In this document: positions 10,938 through 20,818 of the stretch, in pieces
Layout of the letters: every line of letters begins with the position of its first letter
How positions within the stretch are numbered: position 1 is the stretch's first letter
Source of the DNA: Gammaproteobacteria bacterium
Lineage (GTDB): Bacteria > Pseudomonadota > Gammaproteobacteria > UBA4575
Assembly: GCA_965221955.1 (NCBI GenBank)
Contig: CBDCTA010000029.1
Span: 96,001-160,000 of the forward strand
Length of the DNA: 64,000 nucleotides
Direction of reading: 5' to 3'
The notes under the pieces: model-generated
Told to the model about the DNA's origin: nothing
What the model saw: only the letters and a program-made list of their open reading frames with translations
Databases searched by the model: none
Made by a program: the position numbers and the translations under genes

Positions 10938-11786
10938 TTAATAACCCGGCGGGTAAGGGGCGTAACCCACTTCATAATCATCATGTGGCCAAAAACGATT
11001 TTTTCGTTCTTTGTGTTTGTAACCACAATCAATGATTTGTTTATGGCATAAAGTCTCCCGCCATTCATATTTGTAAAAACTTTTCATGCTAGCTTTACGT
11101 TTGGCATTAAATTGTACACGGCGTGCATATGAAGTTTGATGGTCGCCAAAACCTGTGCCTGCTTCAGCGTGGTCGTCACTTTCCGCTTCATTAGGTGATG
11201 CAGAGTCATGGGAGCGATTTGATGCTTTTGATTTTGCTTGGGGCTTTGAGCTAAGGATATTTTCGCGTCTTGTGAAGAAGGGTTGTTTTTCTTCATAGAC
11301 AGCAACTGCGATTACACCCATCGCTGAATCATCACCAAATGCATGTGCATAAGAATCTTCGATATCAGTAAAGTAAAAACGATGAATATCGCTACTACTT
11401 GTACGCCAACCTGCGTAGGTTTGTGTTTCGTATGCACCTAGTATGTACATGTTTTCACTATGCTTAAGATTTGATTTTTTGCCGGAAATTATATTTCTTC
11501 CATCCACTGCAATGACTAGGCCGACACGTTGGTTTGTATGATTACGAATTTGTATTGAATAATTTTCACCATTAATCGCCTCAAGATAAGCACGGGTTTC
11601 GTTTTTTAGGTGACGTTGAGTCACAGGATAGAGGGGGAAAAAACGACCGTCATCCGCAATGATTTGTATGTCTACAGGCGAATAATAAGGTGCGATTTTG
11701 CTCGATGCCATGCATGGAACTGTTACACTTAGGGCTAATAATAAATACAACCACCCATATCGAAGCTTGAGTTGTTTGATTTTCAT
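10938..11786 (-). CDS. Conserved hypothetical secreted protein
   Basis: 282-aa ORF with signal peptide; VDGRNIISG, GWR and GTGFG motifs. Confidence 0.75.
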   Translation of the reverse strand: MKIKQLKLRYGWLYLLLALSVTVPCMASSKIAPYYSPVDIQIIADDGRFFPLYPVTQRHLKNETRAYLEAINGENYSIQIRNHTNQRVGLVIAVDGRNIISGKKSNLKHSENMYILGAYETQTYAGWRTSSSDIHRFYFTDIEDSYAHAFGDDSAMGVIAVAVYEEKQPFFTRRENILSSKPQAKSKASNRSHDSASPNEAESDDHAEAGTGFGDHQTSYARRVQFNAKRKASMKSFYKYEWRETLCHKQIIDCGYKHKERKNRFWPHDDYEVGYAPYPPGY

Positions 11787-11886
11787 CTGTTTGATTCCTT
11801 TGTAAGTAAGTTAATGGACTAAAAACTGGTTCTAATGTTGTAAACGCTTAAAACAAAGAAATGGGTTAAATACTTTAGGAATTAAT

Positions 11887-14157
11887 TTGCAGGCTACTAA
11901 AAACACTCCGGTTATTAAGGATTTAGTGCTGATTGGTGGTGGCCACAGTCATGTGGCGGTATTGAAAAAATTTGGCATGAAGCCATTAGCGGGTTTGCAA
12001 ATTACTCTGATTACGCGTGATGTGCATACACCCTACTCGGGAATGTTGCCAGGCTTTATTGCGGGACATTATAGCTATGATGAAAGTCATATCGATTTAA
12101 GACCGTTAGCAAAATTTTGCGGGGCAAGGCTTTTTCATGCACCGGCAACATTTTTACATCTTGAAGATAAACAAGTTATTTGTGGCGATCGCCCACCGAT
12201 TCGTTATGACGTGCTTTCGATTAATACGGGGTCAACCCCATCCCATATAGAGGTTCCAGGTTCAAAGGAACATGCTCTCGCAGTAAAGCCCATCAATAAA
12301 TTTATACATGGTTGGGATGTGTTAATGCAAAATGTGCTTGAACGTAAAGGTGATTTTAAGGTTGTAGTAGTGGGTGCAGGTGCAGGGGGTGTGGAAGTAG
12401 CACTCGCCACGCAATTTCATTTGCGTAATTTATTGCGTGAAAATTCTTATACAGATGCAAAACTACGTTTTGATTTAGTATCTGGTAATGGGCCTATTTT
12501 AGCCACGCATAATCATTCTATACAAAGACGTTTCCGGCGTGTATTAGCTGAACGTGAAATTATAATTCATAAAGGCAGTAAAGCTAATCGAGTTAGCGCT
12601 AATAGAATCGAATTAGAAAATGGTGAGTCATTACATGCCGATGCAATCATATGGGCTACCCATGCATCAGCACCAAGCTGGTATAAGGAATCTGGTTTGG
12701 CTGTTGATGAACGAGGGTTCATTGCAGTTAATGATTCCTTGCAATCTATTTCCCATGAGAATGTTTTTGCAGCAGGTGATATTGCCACGGTGACAAATTA
12801 TCCGCGACCCAAGTCGGGAGTATTTGCAGTACGCCAAGGTCCACCGCTGTATAAAAACATTAGACGTGCGCTTACGAATAAACCACTAAAAAGACACGTA
12901 CCGCAAATAAGTTTTTTAAGTTTAATCAGCACAGGTGATAAGTGTGCAATTGGTTCAAGAGGAATGTTTGCTTTTGAAGGCGCTTGGATATGGAAACTTA
13001 AAGACTATATTGATCGTGAATTCATGCGTAAGTATCAGCAGCTTCCTGATATGGAAGAAGAACAAGATTCTATAAATAGTGAACTTGTGAGCAAAGATGC
13101 AGTAAAAGAAATCTCTGCTATTGCAATGCGGTGTGGTGGTTGTGGTGCGAAGGTGGGTAGCAATGTACTCAGTCGCGTGGTGAACCAACTTACTACCGTG
13201 AAACGCGATGATGTGGTGTTAGGCTTAGATGCTCCAGATGATGCAGCTGTGTTACAAGTTCCACCTGGTAAAGTACAAGTGCAATCGGTGGATTATTTTC
13301 GTTCATTCATTGATGATCCTTATGTTTTTGGACAGATAGCTGCGAACCATAGTTTAGGGGATGTGTTCGCAATGGGCGCAGAAGCACAGGCTGCAATGGC
13401 GATTGCCACAGTGCCATATGGAAAAGAGGAAGTCGTCGAACAACAGCTACTACAGATGATGCAGGGTGCGCTGCAAGTACTGAACCAACACAATGCAACA
13501 TTGATTGGTGGTCATTCCAGTGAAGGTGCTGAGTTATCCTTCGGCTTAAGTGTCACCGGTTTAGTAGAAAAAGAAGATTTACTGGCAAAAAGTGGTATGC
13601 AACCAGGTGATGTCATTATTCTTACCAAACCAATTGGTACTGGGACCTTATTTGCTGCAGATATGCGTGGCAAAGCAAAAGGGCGGTGGATTTCTGCAGC
13701 GATTCGCTCAATGATTCATTCTAACCATGCTGCTGCTCAGTGTCTTTATAAATATGAAGTGCATGCTTGTACAGATGTAACGGGGTTTGGTGTATTGGGA
13801 CACTTAGTCGAGATGCTGCGAGTTGGAGGGGTTGATATTAATATCAATATTAATACTCTACCGATTTTGAGTGGCGCGATTGAATCTATGCAACAAGGAA
13901 TTTATAGTTCTTTGCAACCATCAAATGTTCGTTTACGTAGATCGATTAAAAATCAGAAAGCCGCAGTAGAACATTCCTATTATCCATTGTTATTTGATCC
14001 ACAAACAGCAGGTGGTTTACTAGCCAGTGTGCCTGAAAAATATGAACAGTCCTGCATTTCTGAATTACAAGATTTAGGCTATTCAGATGCATGCGTAATT
14101 GGTCGTGTAGAAAAAGAAGGTGCATCGCTTGAGAGTATCCACATTAATCTAAACTAA
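11887..14157 (+). CDS. selD: Fused FAD-dependent pyridine nucleotide-disulfide oxidoreductase / selenide,water dikinase SelD
   Basis: N-terminal LVLIGGGHSH..YSGMLPG; C-terminal MRCGGCGAKVG, DDAAV, TDVTGFG and DPQTAGGLL. Confidence 0.93.
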   Translation: MQATKNTPVIKDLVLIGGGHSHVAVLKKFGMKPLAGLQITLITRDVHTPYSGMLPGFIAGHYSYDESHIDLRPLAKFCGARLFHAPATFLHLEDKQVICGDRPPIRYDVLSINTGSTPSHIEVPGSKEHALAVKPINKFIHGWDVLMQNVLERKGDFKVVVVGAGAGGVEVALATQFHLRNLLRENSYTDAKLRFDLVSGNGPILATHNHSIQRRFRRVLAEREIIIHKGSKANRVSANRIELENGESLHADAIIWATHASAPSWYKESGLAVDERGFIAVNDSLQSISHENVFAAGDIATVTNYPRPKSGVFAVRQGPPLYKNIRRALTNKPLKRHVPQISFLSLISTGDKCAIGSRGMFAFEGAWIWKLKDYIDREFMRKYQQLPDMEEEQDSINSELVSKDAVKEISAIAMRCGGCGAKVGSNVLSRVVNQLTTVKRDDVVLGLDAPDDAAVLQVPPGKVQVQSVDYFRSFIDDPYVFGQIAANHSLGDVFAMGAEAQAAMAIATVPYGKEEVVEQQLLQMMQGALQVLNQHNATLIGGHSSEGAELSFGLSVTGLVEKEDLLAKSGMQPGDVIILTKPIGTGTLFAADMRGKAKGRWISAAIRSMIHSNHAAAQCLYKYEVHACTDVTGFGVLGHLVEMLRVGGVDINININTLPILSGAIESMQQGIYSSLQPSNVRLRRSIKNQKAAVEHSYYPLLFDPQTAGGLLASVPEKYEQSCISELQDLGYSDACVIGRVEKEGASLESIHINLN

Positions 14158-14175
14158 TCTTGAAGTTAATTAAGC

Positions 14176-14775
14176 ATGTATAAAATAATTTGGCTTAGTA
14201 TATTTTTTATCGTGTTTGTTTGGTCCGCAATCAACCCTAAAGACCAATTGACTTGGTTTTTAGAAGTGTCACCAGCAATAATTGGAATTATTGTAATGGC
14301 GTATACATATAATACTTTCCGTCTTACGCCGCTGGTATATCTCTTGATTTTGGTCCATTGTGTAATTGTGATGGTGGGTGGTCACTATACTTATGCAGAA
14401 GTACCGCTGTTTGATTATATTAAAGAGTGGTTTGGATTAATGCGAAATAATTACGACAAGCTGGGGCATTTAGTACAAGGTTTTATTCCTGCGCTCATCG
14501 CAAGAGAAATTATCATTCGTAAAAACATTATTCCTAAACCTTTTTGGCAATTCTTTTTTATTGTTTGTTTTTGTCTTGCATTCAGTGCGTTTTATGAATT
14601 AATAGAGTGGTGGGCTGCGCTAGCAGTGGGTGAGGATGCTGATGCATTTTTGGCTACACAAGGCTATGAATGGGATACACAATCTGATATGGGTTTGGCT
14701 TTGCTGGGCGCAATACTCGGTCTGTTAACTTTATCCAAGCTGCATGATCAGCAATTAAATCAATTAAAGTCGTAA
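14176..14775 (+). CDS. DUF2238 (YjdF-like) inner membrane protein
   Basis: GGHYTYAEVP, RNNYDKLGH, YELIEW and QGYEWDTQSDM. Confidence 0.88.
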   Translation: MYKIIWLSIFFIVFVWSAINPKDQLTWFLEVSPAIIGIIVMAYTYNTFRLTPLVYLLILVHCVIVMVGGHYTYAEVPLFDYIKEWFGLMRNNYDKLGHLVQGFIPALIAREIIIRKNIIPKPFWQFFFIVCFCLAFSAFYELIEWWAALAVGEDADAFLATQGYEWDTQSDMGLALLGAILGLLTLSKLHDQQLNQLKS

Positions 14776-14778
14776 TGC

Positions 14779-14816
14779 AAAAGAAAGCCCGCGTGGTTTT
14801 GTGTGAGCGGGCTTTC
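14779..14816 (-). terminator. Rho-independent terminator (U tract on minus strand; probably bidirectional)
   Basis: GAAAGCCCGC..GCGGGCTTTC stem. Confidence 0.75.
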
Positions 14817-15139
14817 ATTGCAGGCTTATGTGTGTTTTTGAGATGTTTATTTGCGTCGAAAAATGCGTATTGGTGTTAATTTTGCCTCGTTGAGTAGTGT
14901 TCTACTTTTCCAAAGCATGAATATTAAGTTACGCCAATTCGATCTGCAGGTAGTTGTCTGTCAGCCTACGGTACAAACGACTTAAAAACATCCTCGGTTT
15001 TTAAGCTACGCTTGTTTTGAGTATAGAACAATTAAAAGTTCATTATATTTAAGATTAAACATTTTGATACATGAGCAAAGATTGCTCAATTTGATATTTT
15101 ATGTTTAAAAAACAAGTATAAAGCGTTCATTTAATTAGT

Positions 15140-16108
15140 CTATGTAAATTCATTAAGTAATTTTTTCAAGTTATTTTTTTCTTTTGCATAGGTAAATAAA
15201 GGCGCTTTACTTTTACACGCTTTTGTTAGCTTATTCAGGAAAGATTGATCATTTTCTGCTTTTAGCAATAAGCTTCGTAAAGCTTTTGTATCGCCGTATG
15301 GGTAATAACCAGGATAATTTTTACCTAGTAAACCGATCGATCCATCTATATTCGAAGCAAGCGCTGGCATACCGGCTACACAAGCTTCAGAAATCACATT
15401 GGCGCCTCCTTCCATCTTAGAACTCAGAACCATTACATCTGCATTTGCGTATTGTTGCCGAATTTTCCAATGGGGCACTTCGCCGTACCAGTGGTATCGT
15501 AAATTTGACATCATTTCTTTTTTTGCACGTTCCGCCCAAGCAAACTTATGCGCTTTGCCAAATTGTTTTACCCTAATACGTGAACAATCGGATAGTTTGC
15601 GTACGGCATAAGCGGTGCGCAGAGGGTCTTTTTCTTCTCTTAAATGTCCAATTACGCATACATCAAAATATCTTTTATTTTTGTTAGGTAAACGTTTAAT
15701 TTTTTTAGCAGATTGATAAATGACATTTACTTTTTTTCGATATTGTTTCGGTATTGCTAAATGGGCTAAATCGTGAAGCGATATGAGTGCATCCGCAAGC
15801 TTTATGGAGCGTAGTGTCGGTTTTGGATGAGAATGAATAAACCTGTATAAATCAGTACCAGTTAGTGCAACGATTAGCGGCTTTCCCGGACATTGTGTTT
15901 CGAAAGTAAGAATAGAACTTGCACTACGCCAAGCATGCAAAGCAATCATCATGTCTGATTTTTTGCTAATTTGTTGAATATCATCTTGACTATTTTTAAC
16001 AACTACACGATGCCCGAGGTCGGTCAGTATATTTCTCCAGCGTACAGCGGTAACTCGATTTCCAGCGCGTGCACTGGGTAGGGCTGGAGTTATAAGAAGA
16101 ATATTCAT
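15140..16108 (-). CDS. senB: Selenosugar synthase SenB-like glycosyltransferase
   Basis: GNRVTAVRW, ALHAWRS, LTGTDLY, GHLREEKDP and MEGGANVISEA; divergent from senA and near selD. Confidence 0.88.
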   Translation of the reverse strand: MNILLITPALPSARAGNRVTAVRWRNILTDLGHRVVVKNSQDDIQQISKKSDMMIALHAWRSASSILTFETQCPGKPLIVALTGTDLYRFIHSHPKPTLRSIKLADALISLHDLAHLAIPKQYRKKVNVIYQSAKKIKRLPNKNKRYFDVCVIGHLREEKDPLRTAYAVRKLSDCSRIRVKQFGKAHKFAWAERAKKEMMSNLRYHWYGEVPHWKIRQQYANADVMVLSSKMEGGANVISEACVAGMPALASNIDGSIGLLGKNYPGYYPYGDTKALRSLLLKAENDQSFLNKLTKACKSKAPLFTYAKEKNNLKKLLNEFT

Positions 16109-16175
16109 AGATGTAATATATCTATCGCTATTGTATGGTTATATACATTCAGATTTATTTTCTCCACATCTAGTC

Positions 16176-17480
16176 GTGAATTATAGCAGTGCCACCGTTG
16201 AGAGTATTTCATCCGCATTACTAGACGCGCGTTCCAGAACGCTTGCGCTAGTTTCTGGCTTAAGTGATGAACAACTAATGGGAAAGATATTGCCCACGAT
16301 TAACCCTTTACGATGGGAGATTGCTCATGCTGCGTATTTCCATGAGGTTTGGGTGCTGCGTCATTTAGGCCAGTTGCCAGCTGTACGAGAAGATGCAGAT
16401 GAACTGTTTGATTCCATCGAAATTCAACATGAGGATCGCTGGAGTTTACCATTGCCAAGCATATCGGCAACGTTTGAATATATGAATAATGTATTAGTGG
16501 CCGAATTGGAACTGCTTAGAAATATTGAACTAAATAATTATGCGAAATATTTTTACTTATTATCATTGTTCCATGAAGATATGCATAACGAGGCATTTAT
16601 TTATACACGGCAAACATTGTCGTATCCAGCGCCCGACTTTATCAAGAAGCAAAGCATAAACAAAAACTCATCTGCAACACATAATGAAGATATCCCGATT
16701 CCAGGTGGATCTTTTGTGCTCGGTGCTGAGCGTAATGATGAGTTTATTTTTGATAATGAAAAATGGGGGCATACAGTAAATGTAGCGCCCTTTAAAATCT
16801 CTAAATTTGCCGTTAGTAATGAACAATATTTAGAGTTTGTCGAAGCAGGTGGTTATTTAGAAGAAAAGTATTGGGACGATGTTAGTTGGCAATGGTGTAA
16901 ACAAAATAACCTTCAACACCCTATCTATTGGAAAAAAGATTCAGACGGTCATTGGTATGTAAGAGAATTTGACCAATGGAGGTCTCTTGAATTAAGTCAT
17001 GCCGTTATTCATGTGAGCTGGTATGAGGCCCAAGCTTTTTGTAAATGGGCGCAACGACGTTTACCAACTGAACACGAGTGGGAGTTTGCTGCGGCATGTG
17101 ACCCCTGTGGAGAAAAAGATAATCAGTATCAGAAAAATAATGATTCAAATAATAATAATCAAAAGTGCCATGCAAATCTTGATTGTGAACAATTAAGTAC
17201 CGTCGATGTAGCTGCCTTTTCAGAAGGAGAAAGTGCTTTTGGTTGTCGTCAAATGTTTGGTAATGTATGGGAATGGACTGCATCTACGTTTGATCCTTAT
17301 CCAGGATTTTCCCCAGATTGGTATACTGAGTACTCTCGTCCTCTATTTGGTATAACCAAGGTATTACGTGGTGGTGCATGGACGACGCGAAGCCGCATGT
17401 TGCGAAATACTTTGCGTAATTATTATGGTCCAGATCGGAATGATGTGTTTGCAGGATTTCGTACCTGCGCTCTTGATTAG
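16176..17480 (+). CDS. senA: Selenoneine synthase SenA (EgtB homologue; DinB plus FGE-sulfatase domains); start uncertain (16131/16176)
   Basis: INPLRWEIAH, HEDMHNE, FDNEKWGH, RLPTEHEWE, GNVWEW and FAGFRTC; context with senB and selD. Confidence 0.85.
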   Translation: MNYSSATVESISSALLDARSRTLALVSGLSDEQLMGKILPTINPLRWEIAHAAYFHEVWVLRHLGQLPAVREDADELFDSIEIQHEDRWSLPLPSISATFEYMNNVLVAELELLRNIELNNYAKYFYLLSLFHEDMHNEAFIYTRQTLSYPAPDFIKKQSINKNSSATHNEDIPIPGGSFVLGAERNDEFIFDNEKWGHTVNVAPFKISKFAVSNEQYLEFVEAGGYLEEKYWDDVSWQWCKQNNLQHPIYWKKDSDGHWYVREFDQWRSLELSHAVIHVSWYEAQAFCKWAQRRLPTEHEWEFAAACDPCGEKDNQYQKNNDSNNNNQKCHANLDCEQLSTVDVAAFSEGESAFGCRQMFGNVWEWTASTFDPYPGFSPDWYTEYSRPLFGITKVLRGGAWTTRSRMLRNTLRNYYGPDRNDVFAGFRTCALD

Positions 17481-17505
17481 TAACATTAAGCTTTAAATAT
17501 TATTT

Positions 17506-18336
17506 ATGAAATTGTGGGGTAAATTACTCGGCGGTGTTTTGGGCTATGCGCTTAGTGAATCATTTGTGGGCGCCTTGATTGGTGTATTTTTAGGGCACTT
17601 ATTTGATCGCGCAGGACGGCGGAATTACTCAGCACGCTCGGGTGAGTATAAAAAGAGAACACGTTTCGATCATAGTGCTCAAGAGCGTACACAACGAGAG
17701 TTTTTTAATGCAACATTCTCAGTATTAGGACACATATCAAAAGCGGATGGCCGTGTTTCACCGCAAGAGATACAACTTGCAGAACAGGTCATACAACAAA
17801 TGCGTTTGAGTAAAGAGCAACGCAGTGAAGCTATAGAATTGTTTAATCAAGGTAAACAGGCAGATTTCAATTTAGATGAGACACTATTAGAGTTTCGAGA
17901 AAAATGTAATGGCAAAACGATGCTGCTTCAAATGTTTATTGAGATCCAATTACAAGCTGCATATGCGGATGGTAACAAGAGCAGTGGTGAAGAACAGATC
18001 TTACAGCATATCTGTGAGGTATTAGGCTATCCTAAAGTACTATTGGCTCAGCTCGAGTCGATGTTATTTGCTAGCAAGCGTAGTCGAGCGTCATATGGTG
18101 CAAATGGTTCTTATACTTCTTCTGCTTCTGCGCTAGAGGATGCATACAAAATTATTGGCGTGAGTGAGTCGGCAACTGATGCAGAGGTGAAAAAAGCATA
18201 TCGCAGACTAATGAGTCAAAATCATCCTGATAAATTAATCGCTAAAGGTTTACCAGAAGAGATGATTGAAATTGCTACAAATAAAACCCAAGAAATTCAA
18301 AAGGCATACGATATGATTGCCGAAAGTAGAGCTTAA
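17506..18336 (+). CDS. djlA: Co-chaperone DjlA
   Basis: N-terminal TM, KADGRVS TerB-like region and C-terminal J domain with HPDKL. Confidence 0.95.
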   Translation: MKLWGKLLGGVLGYALSESFVGALIGVFLGHLFDRAGRRNYSARSGEYKKRTRFDHSAQERTQREFFNATFSVLGHISKADGRVSPQEIQLAEQVIQQMRLSKEQRSEAIELFNQGKQADFNLDETLLEFREKCNGKTMLLQMFIEIQLQAAYADGNKSSGEEQILQHICEVLGYPKVLLAQLESMLFASKRSRASYGANGSYTSSASALEDAYKIIGVSESATDAEVKKAYRRLMSQNHPDKLIAKGLPEEMIEIATNKTQEIQKAYDMIAESRA

Positions 18337-18343
18337 GTAATTA

Positions 18344-18766
18344 ATGAGCAATTATATGAAAAAATTTTTTATTATTTTTGTTTTATTGTTTGCGACAAAT
18401 ACACTGTATGCGAGTGAGATTTACCATATTGACAATCAAGATCTTCAGCAGCTGATGCAACAAGGGGTTGCAGTGGTAGATGTTAGAGCGACTTCTGAGT
18501 GGCAGGAGACAGGAGTGATTGAAAATAGCCATTTGATTATGTTTTATGACGAAAAAGGCAAGTATGATTTAAACTCATGGCTTGAAAAAATTGCTAAAGT
18601 GGCAAATAAAAGTGAACCACTGGTTTTAATTTGTCATTCAGGCAGCCGAAGTAAACAACTCGCTAAATATCTGACAAAAGTAGTTGGCTATGAGGATGTG
18701 TACAATGTAAAGCGTGGCATAGCCTATTGGATAAAGAAAAATCACGCTGTTATTAAGTACCCTTAA
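18344..18766 (+). CDS. Secreted rhodanese-like protein
   Basis: VDVR..EWQETGVI and LICHSGSRS. Confidence 0.85.
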   Translation: MSNYMKKFFIIFVLLFATNTLYASEIYHIDNQDLQQLMQQGVAVVDVRATSEWQETGVIENSHLIMFYDEKGKYDLNSWLEKIAKVANKSEPLVLICHSGSRSKQLAKYLTKVVGYEDVYNVKRGIAYWIKKNHAVIKYP

Positions 18767-18791
18767 TCTAAATATTTAAAATTATAATTAT

Positions 18792-19772
18792 ATGACAAGA
18801 CCCTATAACATTTTGATGTGGATGGTGGCATTTGTGTTTGCTGCTGCTATAGCAGTTACATTCGTCTATACCCCAGTTATTTTTGCTTTCAAAACCAATC
18901 CTTGGTTTAACGCCTTAATTTTATTCGTACTGCTTATTGGTGTTTTACACAATTTTCAACAAGTCATAAAGTTATTTAAGGAGATTTCCTGGATTGAGAA
19001 TTTTCGCGCCTCTAAAGGCAGTGCATCTACAGAAGTTATCACTCCACTGCTAGCGCCAATGGCGCGCATGTTGTCAAAAAAAGAAAGTGATCGTTTGACG
19101 CTTTCAACCATGTCGATGCGCTCGCTTTTGGACAGTATCAGTAGCCGACTGGACGAGTCACGAGATATTTCTCGTTACCTGATTGGTTTACTAATTTTTT
19201 TAGGACTGTTGGGTACTTTTTGGGGTTTATTAGTCACAGTAAGCTCAGTGAGTGATGTGATAAAAAACATGTCTGCACAAGGCCAGGATAGTTTGCTTTT
19301 ATTTGAAAACTTAAAAGAAGGTTTGCAACAGCCATTATCAGGCATGGGCATTGCGTTTAGTTCTTCATTGTTTGGGCTGGCAGGGTCATTGGTGTTGGGA
19401 TTCCTTGATCTTCAGGCTGGACATGCGCAAGCGCGATTTTTTAATGAATTAGAAGAATGGCTTTCCGGAATTACACACTTGTCTTCGGGTGCGCTGCCTG
19501 GGGATGGTGAAACTCCAGTGCCAATATATGTGCAAGCATTATTAGAACAAACTGCAGATGGTATTAATAGTTTGCAAAGAGAGTTAAGCAAACAAAATAG
19601 CGATCGTTCACGTTTAGACACACATTTGCTCAATTTGACGCAACAATTAGCAGGTCTAAGTGAATATATGCAGCGTGAACAACAACCTTTTTCTGAAGAA
19701 CTACGAAAAGAATTACGCATTCTCACAAAAACAATTGCTGCATCATTAAGTCATCAAAATAAATCGAACTAA
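18792..19772 (+). CDS. MotA/TolQ/ExbB-like proton channel membrane protein
   Basis: LGLLGTFWGL and GMGIAFSSSLFGL. Confidence 0.85.
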   Translation: MTRPYNILMWMVAFVFAAAIAVTFVYTPVIFAFKTNPWFNALILFVLLIGVLHNFQQVIKLFKEISWIENFRASKGSASTEVITPLLAPMARMLSKKESDRLTLSTMSMRSLLDSISSRLDESRDISRYLIGLLIFLGLLGTFWGLLVTVSSVSDVIKNMSAQGQDSLLLFENLKEGLQQPLSGMGIAFSSSLFGLAGSLVLGFLDLQAGHAQARFFNELEEWLSGITHLSSGALPGDGETPVPIYVQALLEQTADGINSLQRELSKQNSDRSRLDTHLLNLTQQLAGLSEYMQREQQPFSEELRKELRILTKTIAASLSHQNKSN

Positions 19773-19774
19773 TC

Positions 19775-20809
19775 ATGCACTATGCACATTCCAGTCGCCG
19801 ATCGATAAATATATGGCCAGGATTTGTTGATGCACTAGCCGCATTGTTGATGGTAATCATCTTTTTGCTGTTGATATTTTCAGTTGGGCAGTTTTATTTA
19901 TCCGAGGCTTTAAGTGGCAAAGAAAAAACTTTAATCGAATTAGATAGACAAGTGATTGAGCTTGGTGAGTTACTTTCACTTGAAAAGAGTACTTCTGCAA
20001 AGTATGAAGAAAAGCTAGGTATTTTGACTGCTCAGTTAGCAGTGCAGGGTGAAAATACTAAGCTTTTGCAGTCAGATGTAGATTTACTCATGCAAATTCG
20101 TGAGCAACTTGAAAAAGAAGTCGCTAGTTTGACCAATAACTTGCAGCAGGGTGAGGAAACATTACGGGCTGAGAAAGAGGTCTCTGCAAAATCACTTGCT
20201 CAAATTGAAATGCTTAATCGACAGGTCAAGGCACTGCGTGAACAGCTCGGTGCAGTCTCAAAAGCATTAGGTTTAGATTTAGATACTGAATCTGAGAGTA
20301 TAGAAAAGCTTTCAGAGCGCTTGAATGTAGCTTTAGCTGAGAAAGCACAAGAATTAGCACGTTACCGATCAGACTTTTTTGGCCGTTTGCGAGAGGTATT
20401 GGGTGAAAACCCCAACATACAAATCGTTGGTGATCGTTTCGTTCTACAATCCGAGTTATTATTTGAAAGCGCCTCTGCGGAACTTGGAGAAAAAGGTAAA
20501 AATCAGGTCAAAATTCTTTCACAAACCCTCAATTCAGTAGCTGAAAACATACCGAGTGATATCGAGTGGATTGTTCGCATTGATGGACACACGGATCGAA
20601 GGCCTATTAGTACCCCGGAATATCCTTCAAACTGGGAGTTATCTACAGCACGTGCGCTAGCAATTGTAAGATATATGATTTCTCAAGATGTACCCGCACA
20701 ACGACTTGCCGCAACTGGTTTCGGAGAATTTCATCCCTTGGATGCCAGTAAAACACAAGAAGCGTATGCAAAAAATAGAAGAATTGAAATTAAGCTTACT
20801 TCAAGATAA
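19775..20809 (+). CDS. MotB/OmpA-family peptidoglycan-binding protein with long coiled coil
   Basis: WPGFVDAL TM with Asp; GHTD..NWELSTARA..NRRIE. Confidence 0.88.
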   Translation: MHYAHSSRRSINIWPGFVDALAALLMVIIFLLLIFSVGQFYLSEALSGKEKTLIELDRQVIELGELLSLEKSTSAKYEEKLGILTAQLAVQGENTKLLQSDVDLLMQIREQLEKEVASLTNNLQQGEETLRAEKEVSAKSLAQIEMLNRQVKALREQLGAVSKALGLDLDTESESIEKLSERLNVALAEKAQELARYRSDFFGRLREVLGENPNIQIVGDRFVLQSELLFESASAELGEKGKNQVKILSQTLNSVAENIPSDIEWIVRIDGHTDRRPISTPEYPSNWELSTARALAIVRYMISQDVPAQRLAATGFGEFHPLDASKTQEAYAKNRRIEIKLTSR

Positions 20810-20818
20810 TTATTCACA

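Noticed and set aside
18792-20809. Zorya anti-phage system (zorAB)
   Set aside because: No zorC, zorD or zorE nearby, the MotA-like protein lacks a long tail, and the context is housekeeping.
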